A stretch of 64,000 nucleotides of DNA from Phoronis australis (lineage: Eukaryota > Animalia > Phoronida). Position numbers and translations under genes: made by a program. The notes beneath the pieces are model-generated. The model made no database searches, was not told the origin of the DNA, and was given only the letters and a program-made list of their open reading frames with translations. Shown piece by piece: positions 56,801 to 63,751 of this stretch (its first letter is position 1; each line of letters begins with the position of its first letter). The DNA is taken from positions 1,336,838-1,400,837 of the forward strand of contig NMRA01000014.1 in NCBI GenBank assembly GCA_002633005.1, given 5' to 3'.

Positions 56801-59800
56801 ATTTTGCCCCTAGCCTATTGAGACAATGACCATGCCTTTCCATTTTGCAAAGCACAACGTACTACATATATGCCCTCTACTGGCCACTTTATGGTACCAA
56901 TAAACAACCCTAGAAGGATACCGTATACGGTGCAATTGTGGGCACATTTCAACGCTCTGCGTTGCTCTTGTTTTGCTTCATTTAGACTTTTGATTAGTAC
57001 TTTTGGTTGTCATGTAGGCACAACTAACTTAATAACTACATTGCATTCTTTCTAGGTTCTTTCTATCCAGCCAAGTCCTGCAGTGACCTGCGTCACAATG
57101 ACCTGCCATCAGGAAGATATTATATTGACCCTGACAGTATTGGGGAAGGCAACGAAACCAATGTTCAAGAGTGTGACTTCCAAGAAGGTGCTCGTCAACT
57201 TGCATCACTTTTTATGCATCCTCAGTCTTTTAACCACTGTTTAATAGAACAAGGAAACAATAACAATATTTGGTCTGAATGATTTTATTGCTATGTGGTA
57301 TCAATATTTTTGAAAGTAAGGTAGCAAATGGATAAACACTGTATGGTCCTTTAATACACAAAGGTTGTGTTTTCCAGTATTTTAATTGAGATGCAGTGCT
57401 CCTGGCTCTGCTATAGTTGGTGTACTTTGCATAGTCTGTTGATTGTGTATAAGAATTATTTATGCAGAATTGATTAAACACACAACACTTGTCGTTATTG
57501 ACAATCTTTATTTTGTTTTGTTCTTATGTTCGGAATAAAACTCTACACTCAATGGAACATTGATAAAGTAACTGACCAAGAGACATTATTTATATGTATA
57601 TCTAGAAATATTTTCTGGTTTTAGGCAATGGTTGTCAGCCTTCCTGGTTTTGGTCCACTGACCGTTGCTATAAGTTCCACACGGGTTCCAAGACATTCAC
57701 TGATGCCCAAACGTACTGTGAAAGTCATCAGTCTCACGTGGTCACCATCTCTTCAGCGACTGAGAACTCTGCCATGACAAGCATCATGCATTCATCTCCC
57801 TATCTAGAGGTGCTCCACGCCTGGTTTATTGGCGCCTACGACCCATTCGGGTTCTCTCTCAACTTCACTTGGTCAGACGCGAGTCTATGGTCTTACAGCC
57901 GCATGTATTACTATGTAAATGCTGGTGCTCGGTGCACATATATGGACAAGTGGGGCAACTGGGGAATTATCTCCTGTGCTACCATGTTACCCTTCATATG
58001 TGAGACAGAGACGGGAATGTCTGGCTGTGGACTGGCACCGATGGTGGCGCCAATATATGAGAACTATACCGACAACACAGGTACACTGTGTATTGAGACA
58101 TGCAGGGCTCTCAACTCATTGTACGCTGCTGCCACGTCTTATGGATGCTACTGTGTGGACACTGCCAATGCCACAATGAATTCGACGTATTGCCTGTCTT
58201 GTCCTGGCAATGAGAGGCAGAGGTGTGGGAGCACAGCGGGATGGGCGTACTTCTACCAGATTGGTGAGTGGGCAAGGTGATATTACTCGGTGGAGTCCTG
58301 TATTTTGACAGGTAACTCATACATAACAATAGGGGTCATAAGTCCTTACCTATGTACCCGTTGCATTAGCAGCTGTAACAAGTGTACAACACATCAGAGC
58401 TTCTGATTGAAAAATGCACAACTGTGGTTTTGTTTGCCTTTGGCATATTCATTGCATAATCGTGTAATGAACACAGGGAATTGTAAGTAGTGTTGGTCTA
58501 TGTTAAATTTGGGTCTTAGTTAAATAATGTCTCTGTTTTTGTTGTATTTTTTGTTTTTCCTTTCAAGCGAAATATCCCCTACTGGCTGATAGCTGTGAGT
58601 CACTCTATCTGAAAGGTGTTCGTCGCAGTGGTGTCTACACCATTGACCCAGATGGCTCTAGTGGGCCCAGCCAGTCATATAATGTCACATGCACCATGGC
58701 AGGTGGGTGATCCCTCCAGAGGTGGGGACAGGTATTGAGCATAAAGCTAGTGTCTCAGTTGAGGGCATTTTAATACTCAGAAGACAGTGTGCTCAAATTT
58801 GTGCCTTTGTTATAAGTCATGAATACCCTTGTAAGCCCAAACAGGAGTAGAGTGGGGAACTGTGTTAAAATGGTCATCAACCATGTCAACCTACATGTCT
58901 TATAGTTAATAACATTAGACTTCTGAATGATTGTCAATTTTATGCACCCTCATACACACATTACCATCATATCTGTCTGGGTGTCTGGCATCAAATTTCA
59001 TAGACACCAAGCAAAAGATTTGCAACTACACAGTCTGCTTAGAACAGAACAGGTCCACATGCCAACTGCTGGTTTGAAAAGTTCTTGCTCCCAAAAATGA
59101 ATTGTTGTCAAAGAACGTTTGATTCAGAAGATGCCCTATATAAAATATGCTCGATTTGTGAACAGCATGGATCCTTTTATTTAAGATGAAACAACAGGGT
59201 GTCCGAGTAACTACATTGGTTGGCGTGGCAACTGCTACCTGTTTTCTATGAGCCCCAAAACCTGGATTGATGCCAATGATGCGTGTATTGCTGATGGAGG
59301 ATCTTTGGCACCAATGCTCACGTCACACGAGGCAAACTTCATCACGACAACTATCAAAGGTAGGATGGGAGTGGCTCATTAATTCGTATATTTCGTAGTT
59401 GCTGCAACAATAAAACTAATATGGAGTTGGAAATGTCACATAAGAGAGTCCAGATGGTAAGAAGCCATCAGTCACTCAGCAGAAACCCCATTGGGTCTCT
59501 GTGGAAACCCCATTGGGTCTCTGTGGAAACCCCATTGGGTCTCTGTGGAAACCCCATTGGGTCTCTGTGGAAACCCCATTGGGTCTCTGTGGAAACCCCA
59601 TTGGGTCTCTGTGGAAACCCCATTGGGTCTCTGTGCTGTCTGTTCCACTGCATTGAACCTTTCTAGGCAGAGCTCTATTGATGCAAGAATCTTGTGGGGG
59701 AGGTAATGTGATCACATGCTTCACTTCTGTCAGTTCACTATTAATGTGACAGTCATTCTCTTAATTGCTCTGAAGATGTCACTAGTTTATACATTTGGTC

Positions 59801-62800
59801 AGTACAAGTCAGACGTGATTACAATAACGACCTTCTGTAATCACTAGGAAATGGTAAAGACTATCACTGTGGTGTATCTTTAAATAGTTTGTTTTGTTTT
59901 TGTCATTTATTTCATCTTCTTTGACATTGCCATTGAACATGCCATTTTTACCTATATGTCAAGTACTTAGGTTGTAATGACCTTTGAACTGTCACCCTCC
60001 TCTACTTTGTTTACTGATGTGTAGTTTGTAAATAGCCGTGAGATTTACTCTCTTTGTCTTTGACCAGGTCTTAAGTCATTCAGTGAGGGCGCCACATGGC
60101 TTATAGGTTCCAGCGAACCAGAGAACCATGAGGTTCACACTTGGGTCAGTGGACAACTCCTTGTCACTCAGTACACTGGCTTCAATAATGTGTACGGTAA
60201 AGGATGTAAACAGCTACAGAGGGCGTCATCGTTTAATAGCTTGGTGGATGAGCACTGCCAGGGTGTTAATAAAACGGGGAACTATGTTTGCAAGATTGAT
60301 ATGTTAGGTGAGTCCTGTGTGTTCTATGCAAAGTTGACAATGTTAAGTGAGTCCTATTTATGTTATACAAAAATGACAAGTTAGGTGAGTGTTATCTATA
60401 TAATACAAGAATTGACATTAGGTGAGTCTTATGTATATTATATAAAATTAACACGTTAGGTTACATTTTGAAAGGCAAAGATCTAAGGAAGGAAACCTTG
60501 GTTAATACATGCTGTAGTGCATAAAAATGTGTTACTTACTTTTTGTGTCAGTGAAATGAGTTTAATATTGTGTTAAGGACTGCTGCCAGGGATTGGAATT
60601 TTCCTCTTTAAGAGGATATCCTTTTTTTGTTTCGATTTCCTTAAGGTTTCCTGCTTTCATCTCATTTTTATCGTTATTTTGACTTTATTTATATGCAAAA
60701 AAGTTTATTTCACTTAAATTTTACTACACAAAAAATATTTCTATTACACAAGCCTATTTATTTGTGGAACGACACATCACCTGGAAAATTTTCCTCTTTT
60801 TTGTTATTGGTCATTCCAAGCCCTGTCTTGTAAGACTTGTTACCAATGAAGTGTTTGGCGTTTCAGAGTTTGTTGGCTGTCTGTCATTACCGACTCACTA
60901 CCAAGTACGGTACGATCCGTATCACCGACTTACCAACACACATTGTCGTGAGCTCTGTAGGGGGCGCAACCATCTGTACGCTGGCTCAGTTAAGGATGTT
61001 TGCTACTGTCTAAATCAAACAGAAGTGGATAGTCTTACAAAGCAAACCAATATGTCGGCGTGTTCCTATCCTTGCCCAGCCAACCCCTACCAAAGGTGTG
61101 GTGGACCCGCTGCCATGACGACCTACTTTGTTGGTAAGATCTTTGAGATCATTGTTAAATACAGTACTTAGCCTTGCACTGTAAATTGATTTACAGCAGT
61201 TGGTTATAAGAAAGTGAAATGACTTGCTTACTCATCAATTTCTCAAGGTCTATCAATCAAAATTGGTTCATGTCTCCTCACGTAGGATTGATGCTCCTCT
61301 GTCAAAGGGTAGCATGCTGCAAGTCGATCTTCATTCATGTTTTGCATAGGCCAAGCCATGGGCATTCAGCATTTGACCAGGGTTTAGGGCTAACCCAAAT
61401 CCAAACTCCTTTACAAGGAGATGTGGTACCCCCTACTGGCATTTTTGTTTGACAGATTTTCATGAAATCTGACAATTAGGTTTCTATTAACGAGACAATG
61501 GCCTGCTGTCATTTTTAAACTGATTCAACGTATTTTGTGCTACGTAATGGACATTTTTATTAATTTACAATTTTTTGGAATCCGCTTCTTATTTGCCAAA
61601 CTGCACCAAGGTTCATATGCAGACGTGTTCTTGCTATGAAAACTATTGATTTTCAGTTGTGTTTGACTGCTGTAGTGCCCCCTAGTGGCAATTTTGTTGC
61701 TTGCGTTAGCAGCTGGATCTCCTCATTCCCTTGGAGGATCTTTGTTTTTCTAAGAATGTGGCAACAGACAATGGCTGTCGTGCAGATCTGACTACAGCTT
61801 TGCCCCCTTGTGACAATTTTTTGTTCACATTTGTCTCTGTACTTGAGTTCTTTCAAAGATCGAATGTCATGAAATTTGGCAAAAGGGTATCTATTAAGTA
61901 AGTGACAACTTTTTCTTTTGGATGGATTAGATTTTTTGTCCACTACTTATTGGCCATTTTTTGCTATTTTTGGCATCAGCCTTTCTATCTTACAAACTTT
62001 ATTAATTTGCCTTATTAAGAAAGTTGGCAGATGTTTCAACAGCATGACTGACATTGGTTTTTGAATGGGTCTGTCTGTACAGTGGTACGCCTTTAAGTTA
62101 TCGTTTTTTCATCCACATCTGTATCTCCCAAACCACTTGCAGAATCTTTTTGAAGTATTGTCTACATATTACAAGTGCTTGGTGCCTATCTGACTACCGT
62201 TGTGCCTCATAGTACCAATTTTATTTTAACGTTTGCCTTTGTATCTTTGGAGTTCTTAAATGGATTTTCATGTAATTTTGCAAATAAGCTTTTGTGAAGA
62301 AGACGACGAGACCTTTCCATATTTGTACAGGTTCAACATATTCTGTTCTACCCAATGGCCATTTTTGATACTAATAAACATCTCTAAAAGCATACCGTTT
62401 GCGGTGCAGTCATGGTTGCATTTCAGCACTTTGCTTTGCTCCTGTTTAATGGTCCATAGGTTGAAGAGTTTTGATTATTGCTCAAAACACTATTAAAATG
62501 TAATACTTTGTTAAACCATTTGATTGAGAGTAGGCAGAAATATGCAAAATACAAATCTGATCTTTTGGCCTCAGAGTACTTTCATTCGTATCAAAATAAT
62601 TTATTCCCTGACAGAGCTACAAATTGGTAAACTGTTTTAGGTGTTGCCAGGTCTCTGATATCTTTAAACAGTCTCAATAGACACAGTTATATGTCTGTGT
62701 GCTTCCACGATTTTCTGGTACCTTCTAATTGATGTAATAGTGATTTTTTTTCAAGAATTTAAGATGTACGAGAAAACATTTGGGACTAAAAGGATCAGAC

Positions 62801-63751
62801 TTTAAGTTGTTTCTTCCTGAGTACTGAAGTTATGTTCGTCTTATAGGTTCAACATGTGCTCCAGGCTGGGCTCACAATAAAGGACAGTGCTACTTGAAAA
62901 GTAGTGGGACGGTGGGCAAGTTTTATCAGCAAAAGGAATACTGTTTACAGCAGGCTCTCTTAAGTAACGTAGCCAGTGTTGACAGCATGGATGAGAATCG
63001 TTACCTCGCCAGCTTTGGGTAGGTTCTAGTGTTGAGTTAGGTGATCAAGTTGTTTTTGTGACTGAGCAGAAAACCAGCACATTCTGTTCAACAGACAGAC
63101 AGACAGACTCTGTTCCACATTTTGCCATTCACTACTTAATGCACATAGTGTGATGATGGTTTTTGAGAGAAACTTTTTCACTTATTTTCGTTTTTGGTTT
63201 CAATGTGTGGTACGTGGCACGATTCTGACACTCATACTCTTATGATTCTCTTTGTCAGTTTCAACGCTGTCCCTAAAAATTCTCTTGTTCAAACTTTTAT
63301 GTTTATTTAACATGCAGTTTCAACATTGTCCTTAAGTGCCCTTGTACCCCTTTCAAGGTGTTTTACTAGTTACATCTGGCCATTGTTTGCAGAAGCATGA
63401 ATACCACATAAACTGGATGAAAGTTGTCAAATAATAATGAAAATAATAATAATGATAATATTAACAACACTTCTAATAATAAGTGAACATCTGTTTTGTG
63501 AACTTATTATGTCGTGTGAAACCCATGATTGTTTAGTGTTGTATTCCCACTATTTAGCTCCACTAATATGTGGCTTGGCCTGACCTTCTCGAACTCCCGC
63601 TGGCTCTGGCTGGATGGTTCGCAGTTACTCAACTCTTCCTGGGCACCATCACCTTTAGCCAACCATGCCTGTGCAGTGCTGACACCTAGTGGTGACTGGC
63701 TAAGTCAGTCATGTGATGAGAAAAATGAAGTGGTGTGCAAAAGGGAAGCTG
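8463..63751 (+). CDS. Giant multi-exon mosaic extracellular protein (C-type lectin, WSC, Sushi, FA58C and fibrinogen-like modules); 37 exons, about 2676 aa, incomplete at both ends
   Basis: All exons have AG/GT boundaries with matching phases; summed length 8028 nt with no in-frame stop; recognisable Cys/Trp patterns of each domain. Confidence 0.88.
9256..9429 (+). CDS. Exon 2: C-type lectin 1, N-half
   Basis: CDDSWVEYKNNCYKF...AIDYC...L.S...EQKFL; cgcag / G|gtaagc. Confidence 0.9.
11424..11672 (+). CDS. Exon 3: C-type lectin 1, C-half
   Basis: YVGLYD...FTWTDG...FTNF...CVVM...WSSVNC...ICKK; tgtag / G|gtaaca. Confidence 0.9.
13268..13537 (+). CDS. Exon 4: WSC domain
   Basis: IGCF...MTISLCIEQC...CWCD...CSLPCPGNEAQRCGG; tgcag / G|gtaaga. 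Confidence 0.92.
13740..14110 (+). mobile_element. Degraded LINE (L2/CR1-like) reverse transcriptase remnant
   Basis: Broken frames read IFPD.LKISKVLPIYK, SQFGFR and FIDLSNAFDT. Confidence 0.7.
14846..14968 (+). CDS. Exon 5: fibrinogen-like mini-module
   Basis: AKSCHDLQHNNVLLSSEYII...TCDM; gttag / G|gtaatg; 123 nt, absent from the ORF track. Confidence 0.8.
16270..17210 (+). promoter_or_regulatory. CpG-rich intronic island, candidate internal promoter with non-coding first exon(s)
   Basis: Dense CG dinucleotides, a GCCATTTT motif near 16369, and orphan donor-like sites AAA|gtaagc (16690) and AAG|gtatgt (17205). Confidence 0.4.
16743..16930. mobile_element. Small fold-back element/MITE
   Basis: Nested inverted pairs ggatttggccta/taggccaaatcc, acgggacgaaatt/aatttcgtccccgt, ggaagtatt/aatacttcc and gtagcccc/ggggctac. 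Confidence 0.7.
17810..18485. mobile_element. Cluster of short CAGTGGCGGAT...ATC(C/T)GCCACTG hAT-type MITE pieces
   Basis: cagtggcggatctagg near 17930 and aatctgccactg near 18471 with G/C-run interiors; similar piece at 9496-9654. Confidence 0.5.
19370..20023 (+). CDS. Exon 6: complete C-type lectin 2 (EPN motif) fused to WSC
   Basis: CPSSW...CYKF...WSDG...EPN...C...W...C...FICQ then GCY...CIETC...CYC...CPAN..QLCG; ttcag / G|gtgagt. Confidence 0.93.
20097..20870. mobile_element. Kolobok-like remnant containing a fold-back insert (20221-20473)
   Basis: Inverted arms gactaaactttttgtttgaaa / tttcaaacaaaaagtttagtc; homology to the 7857 and 52105 elements. Confidence 0.5.
21194..21325 (+). CDS. 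Exon 7: fibrinogen-like mini-module
   Basis: ARDCSTLHRGGLPLDGVYSI...ACCEF; ccag / G|gtatca. Confidence 0.85.
22818..23192 (+). CDS. Exon 8: divergent single-exon C-type lectin 3
   Basis: GHCYYL...EARRFC...WFAGL...DG...CIIV...PICE; ttcag / G|gttagt. Confidence 0.85.
23574..24035 (+). repeat. 42-bp minisatellite (about 10 copies) resembling the start of exon 9
   Basis: Unit tagtgtccacatgagattgaatagttgttctggtgtgtctca. Confidence 0.9.
24072..24335 (+). CDS. Exon 9: WSC domain
   Basis: YKGCY...MTVTGCIEFC...CYC...CPANKFQVCG; tgtag / G|gtaggc. Confidence 0.9.
24636..24761 (+). CDS. Exon 10: fibrinogen-like mini-module
   Basis: ASSCDYLWEQLVRVAGQYYII...VECF; tgtag / G|gtgttg. Confidence 0.8.
24894..25552 (+). 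repeat. Near-identical second copy of ~24230-24886 (part of exon 9, plus exon 10 at 25305-25430); probable uncollapsed haplotype
   Basis: Begins just after the single N at 24889; differs only by a few SNPs and small indels. Confidence 0.8.
25615..25760 (+). repeat. Degenerate ~35-bp tandem repeat (tagatctaatgggtttcaattgaaaac), 4 copies
   Basis: Direct inspection. Confidence 0.7.
26179..26281 (+). CDS. Exon 11: FA58C/discoidin domain part 1
   Basis: C...LPDSAFTGS...PRQAR; tgcag / AG|gtaact, phase 1-2. Confidence 0.8.
26937..27043 (+). CDS. Exon 12: FA58C part 2
   Basis: LFSG...LGSPYIITAIVTQG; ttcag / G|gtaagg, phase 2-1. Confidence 0.85.
27503..27609 (+). CDS. Exon 13: FA58C part 3
   Basis: YANQISIGYTN...; ttcag / GTG|gtgagt, phase 1-0. 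Confidence 0.8.
27805..27949 (+). CDS. Exon 14: FA58C part 4
   Basis: GNSDSSSLVFNYLSQPFVA...IRFDAFGC; ttcag / C|gtatgt, phase 0-1. Confidence 0.88.
28387..28533 (+). CDS. Exon 15: WSC N-half
   Basis: FWACL...TTQCIELCKSGCYGYAGL; ccag / G|gtaagt. Confidence 0.85.
28560..29330 (+). mobile_element. Degraded HINE copy
   Basis: Repeated tgccccctagtg(g/a)ca units and a decayed 3' end. Confidence 0.65.
29627..29761 (+). CDS. Exon 16: WSC C-half
   Basis: CACTNSYGKYG...ECNLPCSGNASQTCGG; tttag / G|gtgagt. Confidence 0.9.
30826..31005 (+). CDS. Exon 17: Sushi/CCP
   Basis: CPP...YHCLPGY...C...W...PPNC; tgcag / A|gtaagt. Confidence 0.9.
   Translation, partial: THFALQSSLVITLYTIQQTDSLVQSLVITVCLDTNLLLELPCLQSVLISFYGRMSHQTA
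31588..31770 (+). CDS. Exon 18: Sushi/CCP
   Basis: CPAPPNV...YTCSRGY...C...W...C; ttcag / T|gtgagc. Confidence 0.9.
32075..32340 (+). repeat. ~85-bp tandem repeat, 3 well-conserved copies plus decayed copies back to the exon 18 donor
   Basis: Unit gacatgttgtatctgagtacactgcacctgatgcacagttctgatgttttgtgtctgtgtgtaaa...cttaaatct. Confidence 0.85.
32799..32996 (+). CDS. Exon 19: Sushi/CCP
   Basis: CGAP...ATYSCLPGH...C...W...C; tgcag / C|gtaagt. Confidence 0.9.
33560..33890 (+). repeat. Low-complexity C/T/G-rich degenerate repeat (cctgtgcctgcccc-like)
   Basis: Direct inspection. Confidence 0.6.
33958..34146 (+). CDS. Exon 20: Sushi/CCP
   Basis: SCGNPP...YTCVDGY...CDENGQW...C; ttcag / G|gtgagt. 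Confidence 0.9.
34560..34739 (+). CDS. Exon 21: Sushi/CCP
   Basis: HCGIPPSV...YQCHFGY...C...W...C; tgcag / C|gtaagt. Confidence 0.9.
35294..35488 (+). CDS. Exon 22: Sushi/CCP, most similar to the exon 1 Sushi
   Basis: SCGVP...FTCASGH...SRTC...KWNGDEFKC; ttcag / A|gtatgt. Confidence 0.9.
36181..36249 (-). pseudogene. tRNA-like sequence (SINE head or tRNA pseudogene)
   Basis: Minus strand has A box TGGTGTAGTGG and B box GGTTCGAATCC; the anticodon arm pairs poorly. Confidence 0.6.
37835..38240. mobile_element. Unclassified interspersed repeat, possibly LTR-derived; second copy at ~50985-51245
   Basis: Shared tcgcaagctcgttaccagagatgaaa...cgatataaggtcatttattatgact. Confidence 0.55.
38370..40138. 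mobile_element. Fold-back MITE with ~245-bp arms, right arm split by a HINE insertion
   Basis: 38370-38610 is the reverse complement of 38617-38805 joined to 40084-40138. Confidence 0.8.
38806..40084 (+). mobile_element. Full-length HINE element
   Basis: TTTTATGCACCCAC ... GTGGGTGCA plus hairpin and ctcttgtt end. Confidence 0.82.
40741..41937 (+). mobile_element. HINE element, young subfamily, spanning an assembly gap
   Basis: Both termini present, (GTCC)n tract, close match to 55389-56972. Confidence 0.82.
41296..41572. other. Assembly gap (277 N)
   Basis: N run. Confidence 0.99.
42026..42310 (+). CDS. Exon 23: WSC domain
   Basis: YEGCF...CRDNC...WCLC...CNASCSG...CGG; ccag / C|gtaagt. 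Confidence 0.9.
42694..42770 (-). mobile_element. tRNA-derived SINE head
   Basis: Minus strand has A box TGACCTAGTGG and B box GGTTCGAGTC. Confidence 0.5.
43625..43813 (+). CDS. Exon 24: divergent WSC N-half, with an alternative in-frame acceptor at 43544
   Basis: MKGKICLDYCRGLKYRYA...CYC; ttcag / G|gtagtg. Confidence 0.8.
44712..44840 (+). CDS. Exon 25: divergent WSC C-half
   Basis: CQQSLCPGE...NCGSSSC; tatag / G|gtgagt. Confidence 0.8.
45010..45908. mobile_element. Solo LTR (899 bp)
   Basis: TGTCAGA...TCTGACA termini, 5-bp target duplication CAATG at 45005-45009 and 45909-45913, and the empty site visible at ~46384. Confidence 0.8.
46078..46556 (+). repeat. Second copy of 44702-46076 lacking the LTR (exon 25 copy at 46088-46216); probable alternate haplotype
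   Basis: Starts right after the single N at 46077; few SNPs. Confidence 0.8.
47603..47728 (+). CDS. Exon 26: fibrinogen-like mini-module
   Basis: GRCSDYYNTGNYMHSTY...YCNM; tctag / G|gtaggt. Confidence 0.8.
47990..49430 (+). mobile_element. Old degraded HINE copies with an unrelated insert
   Basis: Decayed tggccatttt and catgaaatttggc units, and aaacacccta 3' blocks. Confidence 0.55.
50688..50861 (+). CDS. Exon 27: C-type lectin 4 N-half (paralog of exon 2)
   Basis: CEDGWVGYKDSCYNF...AMDYC...EHSFLQ; 174 nt; ttcag / C|gtgagt. Confidence 0.92.
51571..51822 (+). CDS. Exon 28: C-type lectin 4 C-half (paralog of exon 3)
   Basis: YYLGFFDHHQ..FTWVDG...YTNF...CAV...W...C...ICKKN; ccag / G|gtaaag. 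Confidence 0.92.
52105..53110. mobile_element. Kolobok-like DNA transposon remnants
   Basis: Homology to the 7857 and 20097 elements; internally duplicated. Confidence 0.45.
53608..53877 (+). CDS. Exon 29: WSC (paralog of exon 4)
   Basis: YLGCF...MTIAYCIETC...CYCD...CSLACP.N.GQRCGGP; 270 nt; tgtag / G|gtttgt. Confidence 0.92.
53890..54610 (+). mobile_element. Degraded HINE copy
   Basis: 5' ttttcatgcagccac...gtgggtgcatattg and ccctagtggcaa units. Confidence 0.65.
55389..56972 (+). mobile_element. Full-length HINE element, young subfamily
   Basis: TTTTATGCGCCCAC...GTGGGCACATTTCAACGCTCTGCGTTGCTCTTGTT with a well-preserved internal tandem array. Confidence 0.85.
57056..57187 (+). CDS. Exon 30: fibrinogen-like mini-module
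   Basis: AKSCSDLRHNDLPSGRYYIDPD...ECDF; tctag / G|gtgctc. Confidence 0.87.
57625..58263 (+). CDS. Exon 31: C-type lectin 5 plus WSC (paralog of exon 6)
   Basis: CQPSW...CYKF...WFIG...WSD...LPFICE...CIETCR...CPGNERQRCG; tttag / G|gtgagt. Confidence 0.93.
58568..58702 (+). CDS. Exon 32: fibrinogen-like mini-module
   Basis: SCESLYLKGVRRSGVYTIDPDG...VTCTM; tcaag / G|gtgggt. Confidence 0.87.
59186..59359 (+). CDS. Exon 33: C-type lectin 6 N-half
   Basis: CPSNYIGWRGNCYLF...TWIDANDAC...GGSLA...EANFI; ttaag / G|gtagga. Confidence 0.88.
59482..59635 (+). repeat. Perfect 22-bp minisatellite x7 (gaaaccccattgggtctctgtg)
   Basis: Direct inspection; the unit is a near-palindrome. Confidence 0.95.
60068..60307 (+). 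CDS. Exon 34: C-type lectin 6 C-half
   Basis: WLIG...TWVSG...C...C...YVCK; ccag / G|gtgagt. Confidence 0.85.
60587..60824 (+). mobile_element. Intact hAT-like MITE
   Basis: cagggattggaat...attccaagccctg termini. Confidence 0.7.
60867..61133 (+). CDS. Exon 35: WSC domain
   Basis: FVGCL...CRELCRG...YAG...CYC...CSYPCPANPYQRCGG; ttcag / G|gtaaga. Confidence 0.92.
61400..62447 (+). mobile_element. Degraded HINE copy
   Basis: gccccctagtggcaatttt units and a recognisable 3' end. Confidence 0.65.
62847..63018 (+). CDS. Exon 36: C-type lectin 7 N-half
   Basis: CAPGWAHNKGQCY...YC...ASVDSMDENRYL; tatag / GG|gtaggt, phase 1-2. Confidence 0.87.
63558..63751 (+). CDS. Exon 37: C-type lectin 7 C-half
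   Basis: WLGL...WLWLDGS...W...CAVL...W...C...VVCK; tttag / G|gtaagt, phase 2-1; the gene continues past the window. Confidence 0.9.

Noticed and set aside
59421-59724. CRISPR-like repeat and repetitive ORFs
   Set aside because: There are no spacers, the context is eukaryotic, and it is a simple minisatellite
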